A stretch of DNA of 64,000 nt from positions 372,001 through 436,000 of the forward strand of contig CDRNVI010000060.1 of the NCBI GenBank assembly GCA_977017575.1, given 5' to 3'. Shown piece by piece: positions 37,177-47,498 of this stretch (position 1 is its first letter; each line of letters opens with the position of its first letter). Position numbers and translations under genes: made by a program. The stretch comes from Paramoeba atlantica. Taxonomy: Eukaryota; Protista; Discosea. A model generated the notes under the pieces. The model was not told the origin of the DNA. It did no database searches and saw only the letters and a list, made by a program, of their open reading frames with translations.

Positions 37177-37750
37177 GATATTTTTCCCCTTTCAAGCCCC
37201 CGCCCGAAGAAAACACTTTAGAAGTATCCAGCTGCACTACCACAAGACCCTTGCAGCTTCTCTAGTAACAGTGGGAATAACCGTTCACGGAAACTGAAAG
37301 CCCTCAATCCGAAAAGTTGGAAAAACAATAGATCAATATAGGTAAAGCACTAAAAGCATACAACCGAAATGTAGAGGTACCAATAAACCTTCTAAGGCCT
37401 ACGTAAAGGCTTTAATTCTAAACTACGCAAAGGTCTAAAGAAAACAAAAAATGCCTTTCCCGAAGACCAGGTGGGGGGTCAAAACCAGATCACATGAAAT
37501 CATACAACGCCACACCCTTCATTTGAAGATTCATAGCAATCCCCCCCCTTCGTTAGCCAGCTCCGTTACTTATCACAAAGTATCAACCTTTGCTTATCCG
37601 TGCGGGTATGTGCCTCAACCTTGACCACAGACATAACCCTTACGAAAACTTCGTTGCAATGTTCAGCGCTGTACAACTACAAGGGTAGAGGTACCCAACC
37701 GTACCACATGGCCACACCTCCCCCTACATGAAACCTTGCCCCCCGCAGCC

Positions 37751-38347
37751 TCACCCTTCTCGATTTACCGAATCCTCCGTACTTTCCGACAATACCGCCG
37801 CTTCGGTAATAGCCTCCTCCTCCTCCTCCTCTGCATCAACCCCAACAACACCCCCGTCGTCCTCTGCACCGCATCCCCCCTTCTCCCCCAGCACCCTCCC
37901 CTGCCCCTGTGCCACCCTCCCCTGCCCTCCCCCCGTCGTGTCGTCGGGATCCACCACGATACACGCTCCAACGGGCTCGCGGCCCGCGGGGGGGAGCACC
38001 GGGTCCTCTCGCCCCCACACCCGCTCCACGTACCTCTCCTCCAGCGTCTCCCCGGCTGCGCTTTTCACCACCTTGCCGAATTTCGCCACGCGCCGGCCGT
38101 ACCGGTCCCGGCCGAGTCCGATCCCCACGATGCCGATCCGGGGCTGCGGGGCGATCCCCTCGCGGCCGGGGGAAACGACCGCGGCCGCTTGCGGGGCGAA
38201 GTCCGCGAGAGATTGCAGCGGGGAACCCGTCGCGGGGGGGGCCGCAACCGGGGAGAGAGGCTTCAAAAATCGAGTGGCCACGGCGTGAAGGGGTGGGCGG
38301 TTGACCTGGTGGGGGGGTCGACAGGTGCGCGAGGGGTGACGCCACAT
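37751..38347 (-). CDS. Hypothetical protein (possible host gene)
   Basis: ATG follows a pyrimidine-rich tract with an upstream AG and lies on the same strand as the other host genes. No recognised domain; GC-rich, so possibly spurious. Confidence 0.35.
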   Translation of the reverse strand: MWRHPSRTCRPPHQVNRPPLHAVATRFLKPLSPVAAPPATGSPLQSLADFAPQAAAVVSPGREGIAPQPRIGIVGIGLGRDRYGRRVAKFGKVVKSAAGETLEERYVERVWGREDPVLPPAGREPVGACIVVDPDDTTGGGQGRVAQGQGRVLGEKGGCGAEDDGGVVGVDAEEEEEEAITEAAVLSESTEDSVNREG

Positions 38348-38834
38348 GGGGTGGGGGGAAGGAATGAGGGGGTTAAAAATGCAGGTTTGTGGTTAGAAAG
38401 CGAAACGACAAGATCGGGATTTGTTTTTCTTACAACCGTATTTTACAGAAGACAGGATAGTTTTTGATGGGATAGTTCCCTTTTTATGACACGTACAGTG
38501 TAGGTTGCATTTCATTTGCTGACTACCTTCTTCCACAAGCGTACAGTATACCAGTTCCTTCTATGCATAAAGGTATCGGTATATTATTTTTGCAGCACTT
38601 CTTGAACTCCTTCTCTCAAAAATATGTCGAAAAAGAACTCTGTCTGAAAAACAAGAATAAAAAAATCGAGTGGTTTATCATTAAGTATTTACGCATTTTC
38701 TTCGTTGTATCAATAAAGACTGTATGTCTTTTCTGTCATCGCGCACGATAACTAGACCATAAGAAGACTCGACTACCGCTTAACGAATATTAGAAATGAA
38801 TAAAGCTGTGAACATCCTTGCGTAACAAAACCAT

Positions 38835-39161
38835 CTATGCATTCAGAAGATCGGTAACCAATTTCGTAATGTTTGGCTGTGAGGCGCCCATAACTGTATC
38901 AATCAGTTTTCCATTGTGAAAGGCCTTGATCGTCGGCATACAAGTAACGGACTCACTTTCAGCAACTTCTGCAGCCTCATCAACATCAACTTTACAGAAG
39001 ACAATGCTCTCTTTGTGTTGTTCGGAAAGCGTCTCGAAAAACGGCGCGAGTGCACGGCATGGACCGCACCAATCAGCTTCAAACTTCACAATTACTTTAC
39101 GGTTGTCGCGTAAAACGGCTTTTAGCTGTTCGACACTTGTGATGGAAGTAATCGGAGACAT
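38835..39161 (-). CDS. TRX: Thioredoxin
   Basis: IVKFEADWCGPC, FCKVDVDE, VTCMPTI; ATG at 39161. Confidence 0.96.
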   Translation of the reverse strand: MSPITSITSVEQLKAVLRDNRKVIVKFEADWCGPCRALAPFFETLSEQHKESIVFCKVDVDEAAEVAESESVTCMPTIKAFHNGKLIDTVMGASQPNITKLVTDLLNA

Positions 39162-39802
39162 GTACACAGGAATAAAGCGATATAAGTTATGAGATCGAAC
39201 TTTTATTTGCGTTCACTAACTTCGCTACAGAACAAAAGATAGAATCCAGCAAAGATTGCACACTTTTTTAGAAGAAAAAGGAGTATGTTTGTAGCATGTT
39301 TTTTCTCAAATAATATACAATGTACATATTGCAATGTAATATACTTGCGTTACATTATTGCAATGTAATGTATTTTTGTCTAAACTTAATTGTTTCTTCG
39401 CGATTTTCATCATTTTTTCATGACTAGGTCTATTAGTCCACAGCTGCTTTTAAGCACGTCATGACCAGCGCGGGAACACACATACGTTGCGGGGCGTGTC
39501 CTGACGTTCAGTGTGCCATCGCACGCCTTACTCAACAGCACCCTACATTTTAAATCCTACGAGGTTTCAATCCTACTGGCATAGGGGCTTCAGGGGCATG
39601 GTAAAAAACGGACAAAAAAGTTCACTCGTTAGGGAGGAACCTTATGGCCGACACCGTATGGAGTAGCGGAAACGTATGCTAATACAGTTACTAGTGCATG
39701 TATCGACAAAGAGGGAGCATTAAATCTCGGAGGCTTATATTGAATAGTTGAAGAGAATTATTGAATAGTTGGTGTAAACCACACCGATTTATGATATGGT
39801 GG

Positions 39803-40690
39803 CTAAGGTGATGGTGCCCACGGACGGGTTCCAGGAACGGCTTGTTGATAAGATTTCTGCCATGAGCTGTGATGGTGCAGCCCGGGATGAAACTCTCGGC
39901 GGCGCGTAATTTCACGCCAGATTCCGATTCGAAAGTATTTGCAATGTTGTGAGAACCGCCACGGAGTGCTATCCCGTGGGTTCGGTCCTATATACTCTCT
40001 GAGCTCTGGTCCCCGCTGCAACTCCTCAATGTCCATATGACGCATACGTGTCCAGGGTCGCTTGACCCAGGGAGAGGCCCCATAGTCGCACACCATGCCA
40101 TGAGGAAGTTTTTTCAGTGCCTCCAGGGGCTGGGGATTGAGAAGACCTCCCGGGCGAAGCTCGGAGAGAAACGTACTGTGCTCAATACAGTCTCTTCCGA
40201 GGCGAATATCGCACTCTATAGAGTCGTCATTTTGGTTGCGCATACTATCTGCGGATTGTGAAAGAATGTCTTTTCCAAAGCGCAACGCACATGCTCTCCA
40301 TTGTGACTCGTCCACAAAAAGAGCGTTCTCAAAACACGGCGTGTTCTGACCGACAATGTAAAGTGCGACAGGGCCGGCGAGTATTGCATCCACCTCGTTT
40401 GAGGAATTGTCTTTCCAGGATTCACAATTGTGAAGCATGTTCTTATAGCGTGGCAAGGGCTTCCAGTGTGCTTTCGTTTCCTTTTCAGTGAAGTATCCTG
40501 TTGGGAGAAAACGAGTTGGGATACGTAATTCCTCAAGAATCCAAATTGGAAATATGGAATGCGGAAGGTTGGGATCTAAGATTGCTCCTTCTATCGTTAA
40601 AGATTTTTGGTGATTCCGAGAAAGCACCTTCAGATCAACATGCATCGCACCTCCACTAACATAGAAACACCTTCTGCACGTAGTTCTCAT
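39803..40690 (-). CDS. Probable mitochondrial kinetoplastid-type protein (possibly mitoribosome-associated); N-terminal half has a retropepsin-like pattern
   Basis: Presequence-like MRTTCRR and AILDP..PHSIF. The C-terminal block EELQRGP..WRFSQHCKYFRIGIWRE..HSSWQKS is recalled as conserved in trypanosomatids (from memory, not searched). Confidence 0.5.
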   Translation of the reverse strand: MRTTCRRCFYVSGGAMHVDLKVLSRNHQKSLTIEGAILDPNLPHSIFPIWILEELRIPTRFLPTGYFTEKETKAHWKPLPRYKNMLHNCESWKDNSSNEVDAILAGPVALYIVGQNTPCFENALFVDESQWRACALRFGKDILSQSADSMRNQNDDSIECDIRLGRDCIEHSTFLSELRPGGLLNPQPLEALKKLPHGMVCDYGASPWVKRPWTRMRHMDIEELQRGPELREYIGPNPRDSTPWRFSQHCKYFRIGIWREITRRREFHPGLHHHSSWQKSYQQAVPGTRPWAPSP

Positions 40691-41216
40691 TGAACTAAAT
40701 TAGAATGTTTGGACACTATTTAAAATCCGTTTACATTTACATTAAAATGTACATTTTTTGTTCGATACATTTTTTGGTTCGATACATTTTTGTTGATTGG
40801 GGCATACGTCGCGAAATTTTTTTCGAATTTTTTACTTTTCGAAATCGAGCGCAGGGAAGTGGTAGAGTAGGCCGCGGCGATAATTTTCCACCCCCCCCCC
40901 CTGGGGGTACCCCCCCTGGTACGCGCAGGAGGGGTCCGACAAGGTCAAAACTTCCGAATTTTTTGGGGTGACCAAAAAAAAAAATTGAACCAAAAAAAAC
41001 AAAAATATTATTTTTCCGAAATTGACTCCTAAAACGTATTTTAAGAGTTTTGCACCTCATCTACCATTCTACGACGTTTTTGTCAACAGATTCGCCTCCT
41101 GCCGCTACTGGTAAGGCATCAAAAACTGCCTAAATTCGGGTTAAAATTTCGCAATTTTTGTCGTAAAGATTTTTCACCCAAAAAACTAGATTATTCATGA
41201 TCTTTTGGAGATTTTT

Positions 41217-41325
41217 CTTTTTTAGGCTCTTCGTTAAACGCGGTGGTAGTTTTCAACGCGAAGCGCGCAGCATGAGTGACTTCTAAGTTGAAAACAACCA
41301 CCGCGTTTAACGAAGAGCCTAAAAA
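41217..41325. repeat. Short foldback palindrome (about 40-bp arms, about 29-nt spacer)
   Basis: ttttaggctcttcgttaaacgcggtggtagttttcaac and gttgaaaacaaccaccgcgtttaacgaagagcctaaaa, one mismatch. Confidence 0.9.
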
Positions 41326-41426
41326 AAAATTATTTGTACGCAAAAGAATCAAATATTTTATACCTATCCTTTTATATACATCCCTCCCTATCGCGAACGG
41401 GTGTCCACGCGGGGACCACCCTTTCG

Positions 41427-42281
41427 CTAGTCACTTGTTTCCCCTTTCGCAATTCGTTGCCGGCTCAATGGGTCAGCGGCGTTTTCTTTCGATGCTACAT
41501 AATGGGGTTGAACTGCAATTCCTTCCTTTCTTAAAAAATTCAACAGCCCAGTGAGTTCCATACTGATCCCATCCGACTTCGTAGACTTCTTATTGATGGA
41601 TGCTAGACACGAAGTGTTATCGATAAATAAATCGATACAGGTTCCACGTTGAAAGTGATGCGCTAATTTTTCGAACGCAAGACGAACGGCCCTCGTCTCG
41701 GCTCGGTTTACTTCGTACACGAAATCATCTTCCCACCTATCTCCCACACAAACAATAGGACCAAAATCTAAGTAGAGAATCGCTCCCCAACCTGTTCCCG
41801 ATGCGTCGGTGTAAATTCTGTGGCGGTGTGGCACTGTGTCAGGATTCGCTTTGGGCTCACCCAGAACCGACGATGCGTGAACCAACATTCCAACTGCTGA
41901 CTCCAATTTTCCATAAGTCTTGTTCCGAAAACGATCGTTTTGCATACGCTTCACGATTTTAGGTCCCATTCTAACTCTTGCTTCCTCATGGCAGTATTCT
42001 ACTCCATTAAAAACGTACTGTTGCATCGGTTCTTTGCCTATATCCTTGAATGTTACTCCCACTTCCTATGCGCGCTTATCCACAAAATCCTTATATTTTT
42101 CGGTTTGTTCAATTGTACCAGCAAATCTCAACCCATCGACATAAACATCTGCTTGAAAAGGGTCGGAATATGCACCCTGCTCTGTGCAGTACTTCGGGTC
42201 TCCTGCCAGTGTAGCGGTGCTTGTGTGCATTATTTCAGGCGCACAACGATGTCCCACCGGCATTACGTTTAACTCATACAA
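41427..42281 (-). pseudogene. TATE/DIRS-type RT-RNase H, 5'-truncated, with one in-frame TAG at 42066
   Basis: VMPVGHRCAPEIMH..LAG, DVYVDGLRFAG, IYTDASGTGWG, AETRAVRLA, LFIDNTS, ENAADPLSR. Confidence 0.88.
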
Positions 42282-42374
42282 TGCACCGCTCTCTGATCAA
42301 AATCGAAATTTTGCTCGAGAATATAACGGAATTGGCACCTGATAAAATCCGCATGCCATCTCTCGCTTTAACCC

Positions 42375-42463
42375 ATGAATGAATGAATGAATGAATGAAT
42401 GAATGAATGAATGAATGAATGAATGAATGAATGAATGAATGAATGAATGAATGAATGAATGAA
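42375..42463. repeat. (GAAT)n microsatellite, about 22 units
   Basis: Direct reading. Confidence 0.98.
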
Positions 42464-43422
42464 ACACAGGCATTTATCCCTACTTGAGATGTAGCCTCCC
42501 CGGAGAAAGCCGAGGTAGCTTGGGGGAAGGTGTATCTTGGCCTCTGAGCCATCCGATCTCTTGCGAGTTCGGATATCATACGCAATCGCAGTGATGCGAC
42601 TACGTACGTTGTTCCGCTGTTCCGAGGACGTCCTTCCCCGGGCACGTGGGAAGCTGAGCTCCCGCTATTCGGGGCGAACAGGGGGTTGCACCAGTTCGTT
42701 CCGAACGCCCCACGTCTCCCGAAGGAGAGATTAGCTCGAACGGCTTGCTGGCATAGTTCGGGAGCCTCGAGTCTCAGCTTCAACGGTTTGGACTCCTCAG
42801 CTTCAACGGACCAAGTCTTCTAGGGTATTATACCCTCGAGCGGACTTGGCTCCTCAGCTTCAAAGGACTAAACCTCAGCTTCAATAAGCTCGTATCTCTC
42901 CGAATTCTGACCCTAGCCCCGTTATCATGGGCTAGTTGCAAGCCGCAGATGAGCGGTATCCGACCTGAAATGCGGTATGAAGTTCCCCTTAGGGGCTCGT
43001 CTTCAGGGTGCATTTCGGGTCTATCTAAAAAAACCACTCTATCTTTTGAGAGTGGATAAAAAAAACACAAACAAATCCAAAGATTAGCCCGAATGGCACC
43101 CACCCTAGTTCCTTAGTACCTTGTTATATTCGGTACCGGGCGGTACCACCCATTCTGCGTTGCCAGGATGACAACTGCCCTACATATTTAGTGCCTTGTT
43201 ATGTTGGCACCGGGTAGTGCCGCGCAAGGGGAGGCGCACAAGGAGTGACCCAAAGCGGGCGGGCGAAGAGGGCAGGGCAGTCGGCGAAGGGGGCGGAGAA
43301 GGGGCGGGGAAGGGGGCGGCAAAGGGGCGGGGAAGAGGGCGGCGAAGAGAGCGGCGAAGGGGGTGGCGAAGGGGGAGGCGAAGGGGGCAGCGCAGTCGGT
43401 GAACTCACCTTTTTTTTCAAAA

Positions 43423-44578
43423 ATGCCAAAATCACCATATCGACTCCCAAGAGGGGGGCTGACTTCTAGTGGAAAGGTTCTTTTAAAGATGAGGCACGGA
43501 CAAGGAGTACCAATAAAAGAGCTAGCCCGTGATTTCAACGTTTCTAGAAGGATAGTTAAAAAATATTTGAACGAAAAAAAACTACCCCAGTATACACTTT
43601 GAGTCCTGAGCGAAAAAAAATAATGAAAACTCGTAAAACGAAAATTGAGGAGATAATAACCCCTCATGACCCCGCTGGAGTACCGAGACTCAATTCATCA
43701 AGGCGCATAGCAGCCCAATTGAAGAAAAAGAATATACAAGTTTCAAAAAGAACTGTACAGAGAGACTTATCATCCCTGGATTACAGTTATGCCGCTCGAC
43801 CGCTATGCCAAGGGCTTACCGAACGACAAAAAGTAAAAAGAGTTCAATTTGCGTTGAATTACAATATGGATACTTCCCGTGTCATCTTTACAGACGAAAA
43901 AATATTTGATACGAATGATGGCAGAAGAAAAATGTGGGTAAGGCGCGGTCAAAAAGCAGCCCCGCGTCAAAAAGTACGTTGGGCACCAAGATGCCAAGTT
44001 TGGGGTGCTGTAGGGGTGGGGTGGAGGTACTTGGTAATTCTACAAAATGACACATCTATTACAAGTGAGATGTACATAGAAACATTAAAAGAGGTAGATT
44101 TCCCCCCTAATCGTATTTTTCAGCAAGATGGGGCAACGGCACACACTGCTCGTGCCTCAAAGGAGTACATTGAAAGCGCAATGAGTGAACTTCTGAAAAC
44201 TTGGCCCCCCAACTCACCAGATCTTTCCCCAATAGAAAACGTCTGGTCTATGGTCCAAGGGGCGGTGGACGAACAGACCCCATCGGATAAGCCTTCACTC
44301 ATCCGATGTGTACGCAAAGCGTGGTCTCGCTTGTCTCAAAATGTGATCGACAAAACGGTCTTAAGCTTTGACTCACGCCTTAAGGAGTGTATAAGATTGA
44401 AAGGCGAAAAAGTGAAAAAATGGTAATTCCTCAATAAAATATACGTATTCGCTTCTTTTTGTTTCATTTCTTCACGCGCAAAGTCCTTGTGTTGAGATCT
44501 GCAAAATGCAACAAAAATCAGCTCAAACGGACACTTGTACGAAAAAAAGTGGGGGGTCACCTTTCATGACGCGGGGTT
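43423..44578 (+). mobile_element. Tc1/mariner element (family of the 29786 element), DD35E, frameshift near 43600, left TIR missing
   Basis: IFTDEKIF, QQDGATAH, WPPNSPDLSPIEN; right end tgacgcggggtt|TA. Confidence 0.9.
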
Positions 44579-44917
44579 TATAATCAGGGGGGGTTACTCA
44601 GCACCAATAAAACAAGGTGCCAAACAACTAGGGTACCACTGCTTCCCGCCTTCTTCTTCCCACCTTCTTTGAAGGAGCGCGGAGGACCGGTGGCCCCTCT
44701 CGTAGGGACCGCTGGTCAGTGTGTGGCCTAGCCTCACTCTCCGTGATGCTCTCCGACTCCCGTCCTATGTGAAGTGCCAGCCGTGGCTTGCTACGGCTGG
44801 CTCGCCCGCCGGTCCGCAAGGACCGGTCGTACGCATCGGAGTAACATCCGAGCGGTCGGGCCACCCTCGCGTGGACGGTAGAGGGCCCACAGCCTGCAAA
44901 GGCCAAATGGGTGCACC

Positions 44918-44940
44918 CATCATCATCATCATCATCATCA
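44918..44940 (+). repeat. (CAT)n tail at the end of a GC-rich hairpin-rich segment
   Basis: Direct reading; about 7.7 units. Confidence 0.9.
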
Positions 44941-44943
44941 CTA

Positions 44944-45694
44944 TTTGAAGATAAGGGGCAACTTCCAGTATCAAAATACCTTTTTAATGGCGTTCTTTAT
45001 AACCACGAGACGCATCGGGTGTGCCTGGTCCCGAAGGTGATCTCAAAGTTGAGAAACGACACATTTACATCTTTAACATTTGTGGAGCTGGAGGCGGCGG
45101 TGGGGCGCCTCATGTGCAGCTCTGCTGTTCTTGGTGTCATTATGCCCAAATATCATTTTGCTATCAAGGTGGCACAACGGCGCATTAATTTGTTGAACCG
45201 GGTCCCAAATATAGGGCATAGGAAAGTTGACCTCCCATTCAAAATCAGAGCGATGTCAGGACAATGGCGGAATGAACTCGCTACGAATATACCGAGAAAA
45301 CCTTTACCACATTCTGATTTTGCATAAATTGTACACCGATGCATCCGGTAAGGGGTGGGGAGGTAACTTGTACATGGACACGGGTCAGGTCCACATTGTA
45401 GGTGGTCCCTGGGGACGAGATTTGAAATACGAAGTGAACCGCGCTGAAGCTATGGCGGTTCGGCTTTCCTTAGAGAAATTCCAGGAAAAATTGAAGTGGG
45501 ACACCTGTTTGGAGTTATACGTAGACAATACTTCGTGCAAGGCCGCACTCAACCGTAGAATAACGAAATCCGACGGAATTGCATCCGAACTTCGTAAGGT
45601 TTTGGAATTGGCGGAGGAACGTGGGCTATGTATACAGGCGCAGTATATGAATACGAAAGACAACCCCGCGGATCCAATTAGCAGACAATTTTGA
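44944..45694 (+). pseudogene. TATE/DIRS-type connection plus RNase H fragment, frameshifted near 45325
   Basis: LYTDASGKGWG, AEAMAVRLS, LYVDNTS, DNPADPISR. The upstream part is homologous to the 41427 ORF. Confidence 0.85.
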
Positions 45695-46373
45695 AGAATC
45701 AGTTATCAAACGGGGCATAATTTCGCTTTCTAAAAAAAAGGATAGTTTCTAGTTTCTGATAGTCGTCTGGTCAACGGCAATCGGAATTGGGGGGGGGGGG
45801 AATTTTGAATTACGTGCGATCGGGTGTTGGATACGCGTGAGCGGGTTGGAGGCTGCGGGAGTGGGGGGCTGAGCCCCTTCACTCAGTTACTTCATACATT
45901 CGTTATCTTATTACAGCGCGCAAGGCCTTTAAAAAAATTGTAGAGCAAAGTTTAAATCGTGACATGCAGGGGGGTGCACGAAAATATGGGGGGGGGGGTC
46001 AAATACAAGACCTATAGGGGGGGGTACATATCGTTGCCCACCACTGTACGTATGACGTAGGCTATAAGATGAAATAAAGCAACGCAAATACCAGAATGTT
46101 TTAGTGAGTTTTATTCGTTTGATTTATAGTTTACGGAAAGAATTGATCAAAGAAGATACTTTTGATTGTGTATAAGAGATCTGACCGTGGCCCTACGGGG
46201 CACATGATATTTTAATATTATGATCTGATTTCAGTGTGACATTGCCCCCTCTGGGGGGAACCATGTATATATGTAGATTATTTATCAATTATACAATACT
46301 ATACTTTATTATTACACTAGTAGCTTTTCTCTATTTTCGCAAAAGGAACGTTGCGATCAGAACTCGCAACTAT

Positions 46374-46710
46374 GAATCCTTCGACCCGGAGCTTACGGAG
46401 CTCCCGACGTTCCTCTCCTGTGACGGAGCCGCTCGCGCCTACCGAGCCGCTTACGACGCACGATCTGACCAATGTATGTGCAGTGATCCGGGAGAGACTT
46501 CTTTTGGCACCGGCCGACAAGCCGGCGGTGTCAGTGCAAGCTTTTTTCCGCCGCAAGGACGAGCCCAATGAATCAATAGCAGTGCACGGAAAAGTTCGTC
46601 AGGAAGGTTTGGAGTTATGGGCCGTGTGGGAAGATGAACCCACGAAAGAGTATCCTTTTCCTCATGCGGAATTGAATTATTATCAAGTGAAAATCCACCA
46701 TTTTCCAGGG
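46374..46710 (+). pseudogene. Possible retroelement ORF1 N-terminal fragment
   Basis: VWEDEP..YPFP..ELNYY is reminiscent of kinetoplastid retroelement ORF1 N-termini. It ends at a duplicated caccattttcca junction. Confidence 0.3.
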
Positions 46711-46826
46711 GAGGTTAGCGATCCAGGGGAGGCTAGGATCCACCATTTTCCAGCGAGCGGGCACACCGGTCGGTGCTCTTCCCTCTCCGGAGGGGTGAAG
46801 GGGGTCATGGGGACAAAAGTAGAAAA

Positions 46827-46856
46827 CAACAAGGTACAACAAGGTACACAACAAGG
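46827..46856 (-). other. Three tandem SL 3'-end relics before a U-rich leader and ATG (46808)
   Basis: Minus strand ccttgttg-tgtaccttgttg-taccttgttg-ttttctacttttgtcccc-ATG. Confidence 0.75.
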
Positions 46857-46976
46857 ACTTTTTCTTAGGTTCCTGCTCTTTCACATATTTATATACTTTT
46901 GTCCACCACGATTTTCTTTTCTGAGCTTCCGCTTTCCAGGTCAAAAACGGTATTTGTACCCTTTGTAGGGGTAAAG

Positions 46977-47435
46977 CTAGTTGAGTTTCATACTTCGATT
47001 TTCCGAAGTAGTCTTCATTGATTGGGCTATAACTTCCGAAAAGTGCTTTATTTCGTAATAATTTATATTTATTTTTACATGTCCAGAAAATTGGAGAACT
47101 CTGCTATCTAGTTTGACTTGTAGATTGTAGAGTCCAGCTTCAGAGAGTATTCTGGTATGGCTTTTGAATTTGATACTGTTTCGTATTGTCGTATGTTCCA
47201 CGGGTAAAATTTTTAAGGCATAACAAACCATTTTTACGTATCGCGTGCATAAGTATTTATGTGAGCGTTTATCGGGGATCCAGGTCGCGCATGCGTATAC
47301 TAGTCTTGGAACAACCAATGCTTCAAAGAGTATGGCTTTTACTTTCTTGGGAATCGCATGGCTGGCCCAGTAACTGTCCAACGAGTGTATAGCTCCCCAT
47401 GCTGATTTAATTCTATTCGTAATTTCCGGCGTCAT
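46977..47435 (-). pseudogene. RTE/ingi-like (APE-type) non-LTR RT C-terminal fragment
   Basis: EITNRIKSAW..KVKAILFEALVVPRLVYACATW thumb motif. Confidence 0.75.
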
Positions 47436-47498
47436 AGACCCCTCGCTATTTATGATCGAACCAAGATACCGAAAATTATTTTAAAAAGTGACCGTGAC

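Noticed and set aside
43116-43125. gtaccttgtt as a further SL relic
   Set aside because: Only 10 nt, lacks the terminal G and has no U-rich leader or ATG; could be chance.
44850-44917. Call as an HDV-like ribozyme
   Set aside because: P3/L3-like and J4/2-like parts are visible, but P1 and P2 could not be paired convincingly. Kept only as a structured-RNA candidate.
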